A stretch of 64,000 nucleotides of DNA from Candidatus Bathyarchaeota archaeon (GTDB lineage: Archaea; Thermoproteota; Bathyarchaeia; Bathyarchaeales; Bathycorpusculaceae). The notes under the pieces are model-generated. The model had not been told where the DNA came from, did not search any database, and saw nothing but the letters and a program-made list of their open reading frames with translations. Shown piece by piece: positions 37,271 to 48,548 of the stretch. Location: positions 1,984,001-2,048,000 of the forward strand of contig OY970340.1 in the NCBI GenBank assembly GCA_963717465.1. Direction: 5' to 3'. The stretch's first letter is position 1; the number at the start of each line of letters is the position of its first letter. A program made the translations under genes and the position numbers.

Positions 37271-40200
37271 TTAGCAATTATTTTCGTTGTTTTCGGGCTT
37301 TTTGTTTCTTGAGAGTTTATAGGGCCACCAGTTCATTTTTTGGGCTAGACCCATTAAAGAAGGTACGAAGAATAGGATAACGACGGTTACGTCTATGAGT
37401 ATAGCCGCAGCGACTGCAAGCGCGATTTCTTCAAGAATTGCTACATTAGTTAGTAGCAGTGATATGAAGACGATGGCAACGACTAGTCCTAATCCAAGGA
37501 TTGTTGTCCAGATCTTGTCTATGGCTGTTATTATTGCTTCGTTGTCTGTTTTTCCGCTGAGGACTTCCTCGCGTATTCGAGTGAGGAAAAATATGTCGTA
37601 ATCTATCCCAACTCCAAGCATTGTCACAACAACGAATAGAGGCGCAAAGTCCAGAATGGGCAGGTTGAGACCATAGTAGAATATGCCGTAAGTAAAGGCC
37701 AAAGAGCAAACAACACTGCAGAGGATCGTTATTATCAAGCGGATAGGCGTGAAAGCTGAACGCAACTGGAAAAAGAGGATCACATAGATTGCAGCTGCGA
37801 GGATGGCTATGACTTCAGGAATCAGGCCAGTCATGAACGTTATGCTATCATATGTTGATTGTGTTTCTCCACCGTAGTAAACATTTATGCCGTTTAGGGA
37901 CAGGTTACCAATATTCTTTTCTACACCCTTAAGCGAGTTGATAGCGGCTAAGCTATCTGCTGAGTTAGAAAGATTAACCGTTATAATAGCCGTTTTATTG
38001 TCTTGTCCAATTGTTGTTAACATTTGGCTCTCGTACTGCTGCCGGATTTGGTCAGGCATGTTTCCTAAGCTGGTGTAGTTGAATGCGCTTCCAAATGGTC
38101 TTGTTGTGCTTGAAACGCTTGACACTCCGTTGGAGGTTGCAGCTGCTGCTGTGATTTGCTCGATCTGGTTTAGCAAAGTCTGGTTAAATTGGTTGTCTCC
38201 ATAAGTTATCGGTGTAGCAGTTGTAACAACGATTTGAGTTGGCGATAATGCTCCGCTACCGAAATCGTTTGATATTGCTGCAAGTCCTTGATTGCTTGAG
38301 AAGTTGGGAATCAACCTGAGAAATTCTTCGTCAGTTGGCGTATTGTACACGACGATAAAGGCACAAATCGAAATAATGCTAATTATGATTATTACAGGAA
38401 TTTTACGTTTAAGAGTGCTTTGACCCAAGCGTCTTAGTATGCTTTTTTTCGGACCAGCTTTTTGGTCAAGTTTTACCATGCTTTGCTTATTTAGTCTTGG
38501 CCAAAAAATTCTGTCACCTAAAGCAATCTCAAGAGCCGGTAGCAAAGTCAAAGATGCCGCAAGCAAAATCGAAACTCCGAACACTATTGCAATACCAACA
38601 TCGCTAAAGATGGGCACATTGACAACAGCCATCACGATGTAAGCAGCAATGACCGTTATGCCTGCTGTAAGCACTGCTTGACCAGCCCATTTAATAGAAA
38701 TGCCTACACTTTCCTGGATTGGTTTTCCTTTTAGTCGCTCTTCTCTTGTGCGTCTAAGCTGCAAGACTGAATAGTCAACCGCTAAACCTAACATTAAAAG
38801 TATGGTTAAGGTTGGTGTAAGGAAAGTTATGTTTCCGCCGCCAATCTTTACAAATCCTTCGTATATTACTGCAAGTGCTACTGCAATCGAAACGCCGCCT
38901 AATAGGACTGGAATTAAAGCTGCCAAGGGAGCCATAAAGAGTAAGCCAACAATCACCAGTGAAATTATTATGCCTGGTCCAATGGTTAATTCGAGGGCGG
39001 GCAAGAAGACGTTGCCGGCATCTTGAGTCACTACTGGACCGCCAGTCACATAAACAGTCCCAAAGTTTTGAAGACCTGAATTTTGTACGTCAGATTCTAC
39101 ATTGGCAATAGTGTTACTATCAGGATTGGAGGAGAAATTAAATACAATCAGCATAGTGTTATTCTGTGAGTTAACGAAGTTACCAGTTAACGATGTTGAC
39201 ATTGCATACGGGTAGTTTGCGTATGGTTGAGTTGCAATTTCGTTATCGATAGCTTGGTTTATATCGCCACTTGTTGAATTAGGCGAAAGCTCTGAAAGAA
39301 GACTGCTAAGAGAAGCACTATTCACGTTGAATAGTGGCGACTGCGTGAAGGTGCTTTCAGTTGCGTTAGCTATAAGGTCGCACGCCAAGTTCCACGTTTG
39401 CGAGTTATCAGTTGTTGAGCCAAGATTATATGTAGATTGCATCAGATCTGAAAGTGAAAAACCTTGGTCTCCAGATGCCAAGTTTGAGTAACTATTTTCT
39501 AAAAGGCTAATTGCGTAGTTTCCCAGAGTCGCATTTGAAGGCGATTGCCCAAAACCGTACAAACTACTCAAAAGATCAGTTGCAGAAACTCCAAGGGCAG
39601 ATGACAAGTCTGAGGGAATACTTGACGTCATTGTTGAAATTGTCAAGTTCTCTAATGCTTGAGGCTGATTCCAATTCGATACGGTTAGACCTGAGGCGAC
39701 AAGACCAAGCATTTGGCTAGCTTGTTCATCAAGTTGTGTATTGTTCAAAAAATCTGTAACTGCATTGCCTATTGCGTAGGCCTCGCGGTCAAATGCTGTT
39801 GTGTTACTTGGAAGAGATTGGAAGCTTGCGTTCCAGTAGTTATAGAATGTCGAGTAATATGCAATGGCTTCGTCGTTGCCTAAGTTGGATGAGGTGTTGA
39901 ACATGTTGTTTGCATAGGCGCTAGCTGCGATTGGGTCAGACGTATTAGACATGGCTTGTTGCCATATGTAAACGAAACCGGTTGGTATGCCGTAAACCAT
40001 TTGTGCTGTTTGGTTAATGCCGTCTTGCAGTTGGAACAGGTTTGTGCTCAGGGTGGTTAGGTTATCCTGTAAAGAGTATAATCCTGAGTTGATTGTTATT
40101 ATGTTTGCTTGAAGGTTTGCTGTCTGATTAAGTATGTCGGGTAAGGACTCATTAAGAAGGTCTGCTTCTACTGAGTAAAGACTTTCTACACCAGTGCAGT

Positions 40201-40538
40201 TGCCAACATTTGAATCCTTGCATAACGTCGCATTAAGCGATAAAATCTTCTGCTCTAGCGCTTCAGAATATACTGAGGAGTTTTGAAGGACGATTATAAT
40301 TGCGTTTTGGCTGTTATTTGAGTTTGGAAATTCATTTTGGATAATGTTGGCTGCTTTGTTTGACATGGTGTTTGAGGGGCCGCCTAGTCCGCCGCCTATT
40401 ATGTTGTATGAAACAGATGAGAAGAAGCTTGGGATAAGGAGAAGTGATAACAATACGGCAATTATCCATGCCTAGTATTATCCATCGGTGGCGTTTCTGA
40501 ATAAAATTGTTTAGTGAATCGAAGAATGATTTTGGCAT
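37271..40538 (-). CDS. MMPL/RND family transporter with large extracellular domain (frameshift near 40471)
   Basis: VYVTGG, LGLAVDY..R.REE, GVGIDYDIF..RIREE; N-terminus MPKSFFDSL..RHRWIIL joins AWIIAVLL if one G is removed. Confidence 0.9.
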
Positions 40539-40736
40539 CTAGTCAAGTCCGCGTTTGGCAGCGTTGCGCAGGTTACATTTAAGGGTGAACATAGCGTTTA
40601 CATTTTGCGTAGCCTTTCATAAGGCTTTCTAAGAACCTGTCCAATACACACTAATGTTCTAATCCTGCAAAAAATTAAATGACTAAAAAACGTTTCAAAA
40701 ACGTGCTAACGATTAAGGGAAAATGTTGCTCCCAGT

Positions 40737-42209
40737 TTATAGCATATTTGCAAGCCAAACAGCGTATAATATTAGTGAGGCAAGAAATATGACTGCCCAC
40801 AAGAGTTTGCTATGTTTGAATATAGTGTGTCCATTCATGGGTTTAATTGGGAACGTGTCAAAGAAGGCTGAAACTAGACACATTGCCAAGCCCGTTCCCC
40901 CAATCAGAGCAAAGCCGCTTTTTAACAAAACAAAAAAGAGCAAAGCAAAAGCTAACGTAATTAACACACCGACAATTGCAATAGTCCCCTCTATTCTTTC
41001 AGACAAGTTACGCGAGTGATGCACCGTTCTAGTAGGCGAGGAGAAAGGAGATCGCAAAGCTACTGTGGATATAATGTACATGAAAACACCAAGCGGCCAG
41101 ACTTTATGTTCTGTCCAAACTCCTTTCCTGCGCGAGTACAAAGAAATTAGGTACGTTCTTGCCAGCATTACAATGATGCTTGTCGCCAAAAACAAGGGCA
41201 AAATATCCACGAACTGTTGAAAATTAATCACTTTAACGTAAGCAAACGAAAAAGTCAGAATAAGAACGGCAACCGCGTAAACAACGATTTCTTCTTTAGT
41301 TAGCAAATACGGTGAAGCTTTCTTTTCCACAATTGCACTTTTTCTTTTAGATTCAACATAATCTTCAAACCATTTCTTTGCAGCGTTAGGCACAAGTTGC
41401 TTAATCTTATCGAATAAATTGCTAAAAAAATCGTACAAAGAAGCCAAGACTGAATCAGAGGCGGAAGTGATGACTGCAGCAGCCCCCGCAACTGACACTG
41501 AAACTATGCCCGCTGCAGCCGCATTTGTAGCAGGCGGTACCCACGGCTCTGAAAAACTAGTATTTTCCGAATTGGAAGTGCCTAGTTGTTCGAATTGTAA
41601 ATCACTGTATGCTTCATTGCCTTCCCATGGGGCAACCAGAGAAACCCCAACAACAGCAGACGGTGTGGTGTCTGTTTCATTGTATGTTTGTTCGAGTTGG
41701 CCGTTAAAGTACATGTAGATTGTGTTGCCCTGCTTGACCATTGTCATGTTTACCCAAGTGTTTACCTGTTCTGTGTAGCTGCCAAAGGTGATTTTTGGGT
41801 CATTATCTCTGTAAAAAACAAACACGTTGTACCACCCATCAGCTGCAAAACTATAACTATGATCAGCGGTCTGAACTGCTACGACTGGCTGTGAATGGCC
41901 TTCGCCAAGCCATTCAGATTCATCCTGTATCTCCCAGTCAGTTATGCCTGATGGAAAATGATTTTCATAAGCTATTGACGTGTCATTTATGCCATCAAGA
42001 ATAAGAGTTCCATTAGCAAAACTTACCCCTGCAACGTTCGTAGTAGTCCAGCCGCCAGCCTCAAACTGCTCAGTGTTTGTATAACTGAAATATTCGTTCC
42101 AAGAAAACTGACTGGCAGCATTTACTTGGGAAAATAACCCTATGCAAAGAAAGCTAACTAACGCTAAGAAAATAAAGAAATTACGCGTTACTTGCCCCTG
42201 GCCCTTCAA
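40737..42209 (-). CDS. ConA/LamG-like ectodomain fused to degenerate M50-like membrane domain
   Basis: NTWVNMTMVKQGNTIYMYFNGQ lectin-like motif; C-terminal domain paralogous to 18938..20992. Confidence 0.8.
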   Translation of the reverse strand: MKGQGQVTRNFFIFLALVSFLCIGLFSQVNAASQFSWNEYFSYTNTEQFEAGGWTTTNVAGVSFANGTLILDGINDTSIAYENHFPSGITDWEIQDESEWLGEGHSQPVVAVQTADHSYSFAADGWYNVFVFYRDNDPKITFGSYTEQVNTWVNMTMVKQGNTIYMYFNGQLEQTYNETDTTPSAVVGVSLVAPWEGNEAYSDLQFEQLGTSNSENTSFSEPWVPPATNAAAAGIVSVSVAGAAAVITSASDSVLASLYDFFSNLFDKIKQLVPNAAKKWFEDYVESKRKSAIVEKKASPYLLTKEEIVVYAVAVLILTFSFAYVKVINFQQFVDILPLFLATSIIVMLARTYLISLYSRRKGVWTEHKVWPLGVFMYIISTVALRSPFSSPTRTVHHSRNLSERIEGTIAIVGVLITLAFALLFFVLLKSGFALIGGTGLAMCLVSAFFDTFPIKPMNGHTIFKHSKLLWAVIFLASLILYAVWLANML

Positions 42210-42316
42210 ATAAATCGAATTAGCTCTTGGAATCTAAAAATATAAGCTTTTATCAGTAAGTCATTTTGCACTAATATGGCTCAGCCTTTGTGGCGAATAC
42301 GCTTAACTTAATTTCT

Positions 42317-43162
42317 TTAAGGTGGAGGAGGTGGTGGAGGCGGCGGTGGAACAGCTAATGGAGATGTTAAAAGGAGCTCTTGAGATGTAGATAGGAAATT
42401 GAAGAAGTTGAAGTGACCGCCTAGAAAATCTCTTAGAATTATTGCAAAGGGAAGAGCTACAATGATGATATTAATGAGTATTGTAACAATCAGGTTTACG
42501 CCTGATGACTCCAAGCCTATATCAAGACCGTTCCAGCACATGTGAGCAACCCAGCCAAACAGTAAAAATGGAATTGCCAGCCAAACTGGAGTGCCAGAAA
42601 CCTTTCTTTGTGCCAGAAGGACAAAAACGCCCACTCCAACGAACGCTGACCAGATAACATGCATAAAAGGCAAACCTATCCATCGGCCGATAATATCTTC
42701 AGCTGCATCAGTTTTTCCGATGGAACCAATGTTATAAATTATGTTTTCAACAACAGCAAAACCTAAACCTGAAACCGCACCTAACAAGGCACCATATCGG
42801 CGATTTGGAAGAGCCTTCCACATAAACCAGACCACAAGAAATACGCTTAATCCTTTGAAAAATTCTTCAATCATTGGAAATAATATCAAAAGCCCTGCCG
42901 CCCCTGTGAAGCTAAGAGCAAGTTCAAGAAGCAGAGATAACCCTGTGCCCATGGAAGCGCTAAGAATAAACGCAACAAGCAAGCCTTTGTGCAAGTTTCC
43001 TTTGAATGGTGCTGCAAGATTACGCTCTAAAACTGCTAAATTGCTTCTGATGTTTTTGAAGAAATTCGTTTCTGGTCCATGCAAGTTAATCTTCACATTT
43101 TGTTCTGGTAGTTGAGGTGGCGGAGGTATAGGCGGAGGCGGTGGAGGATATGTTTTTTGCAT
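42317..43162 (-). CDS. PrsW family intramembrane metalloprotease
   Basis: EEFFK, FAVVEN, H and HMCWN motifs; poly-Pro at both termini. Confidence 0.9.
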   Translation of the reverse strand: MQKTYPPPPPPIPPPPQLPEQNVKINLHGPETNFFKNIRSNLAVLERNLAAPFKGNLHKGLLVAFILSASMGTGLSLLLELALSFTGAAGLLILFPMIEEFFKGLSVFLVVWFMWKALPNRRYGALLGAVSGLGFAVVENIIYNIGSIGKTDAAEDIIGRWIGLPFMHVIWSAFVGVGVFVLLAQRKVSGTPVWLAIPFLLFGWVAHMCWNGLDIGLESSGVNLIVTILINIIIVALPFAIILRDFLGGHFNFFNFLSTSQELLLTSPLAVPPPPPPPPPP

Positions 43163-43365
43163 ATAAATCACCAGCAAGTATGCAATCAATCGTTTTAAAA
43201 TTTTCGAGTAAGTTCAGATCAAAATTGTTATCGGTGCAAAATAACTGCTTTACTGAAATATTTATAAGATTTTTGCGATGAACTGCTTTTGAAGAGTTAA
43301 AATATTGGATAGTGTGAAACTTTATTAAGAAAAACATAGACAAACAAAGAGAGAAGCGAACGATT

Positions 43366-43710
43366 ATGTCATCAGACAAAAAAACTAAGACTAAAGACAA
43401 ATTAATTGGCTTGCAAGTTTATGATGCTGAAGGCTATAACCAAGGAACTGTTGATGACATTGCGTATACAGTTGGGAAGGTAGGATTAACATTAGTTATT
43501 AAGACTAAAGGTGGCGAATCTAAGGAGGTTGTCTGGGAGAATATACAGGCAGCAGGTGATGTTGTGATCCTTAAGCCTAAAGTCGCCGAGCCTGCCCCTT
43601 CTGAGGTGAGTCCAGCTTCCCAGCAAATTTGTCCGACCTGTGGAGAACCGCTAACCTATATTCCCCAATATAAGCGCTGGTATTGTTACAAAGACAAGAA
43701 ATACGTTTAG
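43366..43710 (+). CDS. PRC-barrel protein with C-terminal Zn ribbon
   Basis: LIGLQVYDAEG...GTVDDI, WENIQAAGDVVIL; CPTCG..YIPQYKRWYC. Confidence 0.85.
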   Translation: MSSDKKTKTKDKLIGLQVYDAEGYNQGTVDDIAYTVGKVGLTLVIKTKGGESKEVVWENIQAAGDVVILKPKVAEPAPSEVSPASQQICPTCGEPLTYIPQYKRWYCYKDKKYV

Positions 43711-43844
43711 ACTTTAGTTTCTTCCCTCTTTTTTTAATTATCCTTAAGTCAGGAATGTATTTACTTTCTTAAGCCTTCTTGTTTTCTCCATTTCAATGAA
43801 TATTTTTAAAAAAAAATAAGAGTTAATTTTAGTGTGCGGTCGGT

Positions 43845-44432
43845 TTATGCGTATTTTTTATCGTAGTCACAGTACCAGCGTTGATATTGGTCGATAAACC
43901 TCATTGGTCTTCCACATGTAGGGCAATTTTGCGCATTCCCTGGAGGCGGTGGAGGTGGCGGTGATGGCGTTCGCTGAATTTTTTCCATATTAAAGAAGCT
44001 TGGTAGCTGGTATGATGACTCTTCAAGTGAACCTTCAACATAGCCGCCTAATGCCATAAAGATAAATGCGAAAACGACTTCAAGTATCCATGCGATGAAA
44101 AAGTTCCCGGCAAGATTGGTGATTGCAATGGAGTCTACAATTGCGCTTATGAGTGTAATGATCGTGTATACTGTTGCTGTGAATATTCCAGCGCTAAGTC
44201 CCGCCATCTTTTTGTTATCGCTCATCTGGTGAAATCTGAAGTTAAGATATGATGCTGCGAAGGCTGCTGGAATGAATAAGAACAGCCCGCTAACCACGAC
44301 CACTGCTACAAACGGTCCCCAAGCTGCTGCTTCAGCTAATGGCTTTGCAGCAGCGTTAACGTAGAGTGCGAGTGCTAAGCCTACGAAAGCTGCGGCGAGA
44401 TAGTCATGTAGGTAACCTTCCTTGTTGCTCAT
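43845..44432 (-). CDS. 4-TM membrane protein with poly-Pro and C-terminal Zn ribbon
   Basis: TM helices, PPPPPPP, CPTCG..FIDQYQRWYC. Confidence 0.8.
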   Translation of the reverse strand: MSNKEGYLHDYLAAAFVGLALALYVNAAAKPLAEAAAWGPFVAVVVVSGLFLFIPAAFAASYLNFRFHQMSDNKKMAGLSAGIFTATVYTIITLISAIVDSIAITNLAGNFFIAWILEVVFAFIFMALGGYVEGSLEESSYQLPSFFNMEKIQRTPSPPPPPPPGNAQNCPTCGRPMRFIDQYQRWYCDYDKKYA

Positions 44433-44712
44433 TGATTATTTCTCCTTTGTTTAAATTAAAGCCAAACTTTTGTTGATTAGATATTTAAGACTTCGCATCA
44501 AACATGAGAGCGCATGAATGGCAAACTAGTAGGAAAATTAGTTTACGCAAAGAATAATCAAGCCTGCGGCTGACACTTTCAGTTGACTTAAAATTGGCTT
44601 TTAAGCTGCTAAAGTGTTCCTCTGAAATCTCAAATTTTACGTGTTTGTACTTCTTAAAAAATTAGAATACAAAAAAAATTTTCGATAATCTGCTGAAGAA
44701 GTTATTCAGCAG

Positions 44713-44949
44713 TTATATGGGTGATAGAACTATGGATGTTTCAGTGCGAGTCACGTTTGGGTCTTTTTCTATTATTTTGTAAACTACTTGATTAATTTGT
44801 TCAAGCGTTGGGGCTTCTAAAATAACGATTGCGTCGTATCGACCGAATATCGCGTCGGCCGTGATTGTTTCTTTTACTTTTTCTTTGAATCTTTTGACAA
44901 CATCCAGTGATGTTCCCGGTTTGGTGCTCAAGAGTATGTATGCTTTCAT
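44713..44949 (-). CDS. Stand-alone Lrp/AsnC ligand-binding domain protein
   Basis: MKAYILL..PG...IFGRYDAIV...VTRTETSI. Confidence 0.9.
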   Translation of the reverse strand: MKAYILLSTKPGTSLDVVKRFKEKVKETITADAIFGRYDAIVILEAPTLEQINQVVYKIIEKDPNVTRTETSIVLSPI

Positions 44950-45118
44950 TTTTTTTACCTCTGCTGTTCTGAATTAAGATAGAATGGTGCTATTCCATAT
45001 AAATTTTCCGATAGATTTTCGACGACTGTTTAACTTTTAAGAAATATTATGAACAAATCACAATCATATTTATATTATGCTGGGCAAATAATTAATTATA
45101 AACTGGTAAGGTGAAAAT

Positions 45119-45217
45119 ATGTTTGGAATAATCGATGCAGCTTCAATAGCTACGATCTTCGTGTCACTTGCCATAGCTATTTACGGCATTAGGGTTGAAC
45201 TCAGAACTAAACCATAA
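45119..45217 (+). CDS. Small hydrophobic peptide (32 aa)
   Basis: AAGGTGA SD, then MFGIIDAASIATIFVSLAIAIYGIRVELRTKP. Confidence 0.5.
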   Translation: MFGIIDAASIATIFVSLAIAIYGIRVELRTKP

Positions 45218-45420
45218 TGAACCAAAAATGAGGCTAATCTGCAATTCTCTTTTGCGCATTTTTAGTCTCATTATTTCAATGGTTTAGATTTTAAGATCCC
45301 ACTTTTAAAGTAATTTGGCAGATTGCTTTTCGGGTGCAAAAGGTAAGAAATAAAATGGTCAATTTTCAAGAAATCATAATTTCAAAAAGGCTACACAAAC
45401 AATTTCATGAAAGTGAAGTT

Positions 45421-45525
45421 ATGATAACTCAAAATAGCTTGACATTTGTTATCCTCTTCACAAGCGTCTTAGTAGTAACTCTCGCATATTACATAGCTAA
45501 ATACCAAAGATTTCTGAGAGATTAA
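45421..45525 (+). CDS. Small hydrophobic peptide (34 aa)
   Basis: MITQNSLTFVILFTSVLVVTLAYYIAKYQRFLRD. Confidence 0.45.
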   Translation: MITQNSLTFVILFTSVLVVTLAYYIAKYQRFLRD

Positions 45526-45569
45526 TCCTCAAAGCACGTTCTTCAGAATTGTCGGTTGATAAATCAGCT

Positions 45570-47252
45570 TTAATGCTTCTTATTGTGTGTTCTTTTTAGC
45601 GCATGCTTATGCTCCTTAACAGACCTGCCTGAGGGATCAGCCATTTTTGCAAAATCCTTACTCCATCTGAAAGCTGTGGGAGTAGAGCAGGCAATTGTCG
45701 GACCGATAGGGACGGTTAAAGCAGCAGCGGCGCAAGTGAAGAAGCTGTCAAATATTTGCCTGTAATAATACTCTTCTTTCGAAGTGGGCGTCTGGACTGG
45801 AAACTTTGTTGATGCTTTTGCCATCATTTCATCTGTTACTGATTTTTCGGCGTGTTGTTTCAAATAATCAATCCACCCGTAGCCGACGCCGTCGCTAAAC
45901 TGTTCTTTTTGCCGCCAAAGAATCTCGTTGGGAATGTAGCCTTCAAAGGCCTTTCGTAGAACATACTTTTCAATTTTATCGTCTGAACACATTTTCTCTT
46001 GCGGATCAAAGCTCATAGCGAAATCCAAGAACTCCTTGTCCAAAAACGGCACTCTAGTTTCAACTCCCCACGCAGCTGTCGCCTTGTTTGCTCTAAGGCA
46101 ATCGTATTTGCTTAACAAGAAGAGTTTTCGAACTGTCTCTTCGTAGAATTCCTGCTTGTTTGGCGCTTTATGAAAATAGAGATATCCGCCGAAGACCTCG
46201 TCTGCACCTTCGCCGGAAAGAACCATTTTTATGCCCATAGACTTGATTTTTCGAGCCATCAAATACATCGGCGTTGCAGCACGAACAGTTGTCACGTCAA
46301 AGGTTTCCAAGTGGTAGATGACATCGCGTATAGCGTCAAAGCCTTCCTGAATAGTGAAAATTATTTCGTGATGAACTGTTCCTATGTAGTCAGCTACTTT
46401 TTTTGCATATTTGAGGTCGGGTGAATCGGCTAAGCCAACGGCGAATGAGTGCAGGCGTGGCCACCAAGCTTCCTCTTTATCTCCTGATTCAACTCGTTTC
46501 TTTCGATATTTTGAGGCGATTGCAGCAATCAGGGAAGAATCTAGTCCGCCTGATATGAGAACGCCGTAAGGAACATCTGACATCATTTCTCCTTTTACTG
46601 ATTTCTCCAAGGCTTTTCTCAGGTCTGAGAGAATTAGTTTCTTTGTAGGAATTTTTTCTGCCCATTCAGGCTTGTACCACTTGATGAAGTCTTCGTTGCC
46701 TTTGCCGATTAAATAGTGTCCTGGCGGAAATTCTTTTATGGTTGTGCAATAGTCGTTGAGTGCTTTCATTTCGCTTGAGACATAGAATGTTCCTTTGTCA
46801 TCCCAGCCAACGTAAAGTGGAATTATGCCAATATGATCTCTAGCAACAAAAAAGTCGCCTTTTCTCTTATCATATAGAATGAATGCGAACATGCCGTTTA
46901 GCATGTTGAGGAGGTCAGGACCGTATTCATCGTAAAGGTAAAGGATTATTTCGCAGTCGGATTTTGTTTGCCACAAATGTTCCTTTTTAAGTTCGTTATG
47001 GAGAAGCACGTGGTTATAGATTTCTCCGTTTACTGCGAGAACGTTGCCGTTTTGTTTGTCAAATAAGGGTTGGGCACCATGTTCAACATCGACTATCGAA
47101 AGTCGCTCATGCGCAAGAACGGCTTTGTCGTCACTGAAAATGCCGCTCCAGTCTGGTCCTCTGTGTCGTATTTTAGTAGCCATCCGCAGAGCCTTGTCTC
47201 TTGATTGGGCTACTGGTTCCGATATGTTGAAAATTCCTGCTATTCCGCACAT
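45570..47252 (-). CDS. asnB: Asparagine synthetase B
   Basis: MCGI N-terminus, HRGPD, VNGEIYNH, SGGLDSS, SGEGADE, RQKEQFSDG. Confidence 0.97.
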   Translation of the reverse strand: MCGIAGIFNISEPVAQSRDKALRMATKIRHRGPDWSGIFSDDKAVLAHERLSIVDVEHGAQPLFDKQNGNVLAVNGEIYNHVLLHNELKKEHLWQTKSDCEIILYLYDEYGPDLLNMLNGMFAFILYDKRKGDFFVARDHIGIIPLYVGWDDKGTFYVSSEMKALNDYCTTIKEFPPGHYLIGKGNEDFIKWYKPEWAEKIPTKKLILSDLRKALEKSVKGEMMSDVPYGVLISGGLDSSLIAAIASKYRKKRVESGDKEEAWWPRLHSFAVGLADSPDLKYAKKVADYIGTVHHEIIFTIQEGFDAIRDVIYHLETFDVTTVRAATPMYLMARKIKSMGIKMVLSGEGADEVFGGYLYFHKAPNKQEFYEETVRKLFLLSKYDCLRANKATAAWGVETRVPFLDKEFLDFAMSFDPQEKMCSDDKIEKYVLRKAFEGYIPNEILWRQKEQFSDGVGYGWIDYLKQHAEKSVTDEMMAKASTKFPVQTPTSKEEYYYRQIFDSFFTCAAAALTVPIGPTIACSTPTAFRWSKDFAKMADPSGRSVKEHKHALKRTHNKKH

Positions 47253-47517
47253 ACCTTGTCTGAAAATGTTCAAAGAGGTATTTTAACTTAAGGGCACAAG
47301 TGTAAACAAATATTCAATTATTAATTAATATTATGAACATGTATATTCTATTCATAGTTTTTATGAACAAATCTTAAATACCTTTTTAGCTTCCAAATCA
47401 CTTCTACATTAAAAAAGACGTGATGATTAAAATGAAAATCCCTGATTCGATTAAAAAAGAGTATGAAGAAGAAATCTTATTCATAGACCATATTTGATTT
47501 TTATAGCATTTTTATAG

Positions 47518-48414
47518 CTAACTCTTGTGTAAATATTTGCTCAAGTAGTCGATCATCATCTGCCAAGCTTCTTTTGCTGCAGGAGAGTTGCTAAGAGTAA
47601 AACCATGAACAGCTTCAAAACGCTTATGGTCGACCTTTACTCCAGCAGCCTCAAGTTTATCTCTAAAATCTTCTCCTTCTTTGCACAGCGAATCTTGGCT
47701 TGCTGTGATTATCAGTGTAGGCGGGAAAGATTTTAGCTGTTCAGTAGTGGCAAAGATAGGCGAAACGAGCGGGTTTTTTGCCTCTTCTTTTGTGCAGTAG
47801 CATGCGTTAAAAAAGCGAGCCATGCTGGGTGGAATCGATTTTTTAGGCGTTGGCTTAAGATAAGGATCTGTAGCAATATCCAGAGGCGGGTAATCCAGAA
47901 TCACGCATTTAAGGCCAAGAATTTTTTTCTCTTCTTCCATCAGACAAATCGCAGCTGCCAAGTTTCCTCCTGCACTGTGTCCGCCAACAGCTATATTTTC
48001 AGGGTCAATCCCGAACTCCGAAGCATGCTCCTTCGCATACTTAACAACATCATAGCATTCGTTGAGAGCTTTAGGAAAAGGTTCCTCAGGTGCAAGAGAG
48101 TAATCAACGCTGAGAATCTTTACGTTAGCTTTTTCGGCGATATTCCTCATGAAAGGGTCATCCATTTCAGCGTCAGCCATCACAAAACCGCTTCCATGAA
48201 TATCAACAAACAAGGGCAGTTTACTTGGATTATCAAGGTTGTAAGCCAGAACCCTTACCTTTCCCCTGTCTGTATCTAAGAACATTTCTTTGCCAACACG
48301 TTTTCTTCGAAAATGTTGAATTCCAAAAATAATCGAGAGCATAAACCTGTACGTTTTAACTCGTTTTACTAATTGTGCTTTAGTGAATTCTTTTTCTTTT
48401 GGAACTTTTCCCAA
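47518..48414 (-). CDS. HSL-family alpha/beta hydrolase (esterase)
   Basis: HGSGF, DYSLAPE, GHSAGG, HGF. Confidence 0.9.
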   Translation of the reverse strand: MGKVPKEKEFTKAQLVKRVKTYRFMLSIIFGIQHFRRKRVGKEMFLDTDRGKVRVLAYNLDNPSKLPLFVDIHGSGFVMADAEMDDPFMRNIAEKANVKILSVDYSLAPEEPFPKALNECYDVVKYAKEHASEFGIDPENIAVGGHSAGGNLAAAICLMEEEKKILGLKCVILDYPPLDIATDPYLKPTPKKSIPPSMARFFNACYCTKEEAKNPLVSPIFATTEQLKSFPPTLIITASQDSLCKEGEDFRDKLEAAGVKVDHKRFEAVHGFTLSNSPAAKEAWQMMIDYLSKYLHKS

Positions 48415-48548
48415 GAGATTTCACGCCTTTTTCCTAAGCAAACCTTTGCATTTAAATGCCTAGCAAAATAGCATCTTTTAAGCTTATTTATGAAAGAGGG
48501 TGATCAAAAAATAGGGGTGTTCTTCTTGGTTTAGTCAGCGTATCAATT

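Noticed and set aside
47423..47497. 24-aa ORF MIKMKIPDSIKKEYEEEILFIDHI
   Set aside because: Too short to support without conservation data.
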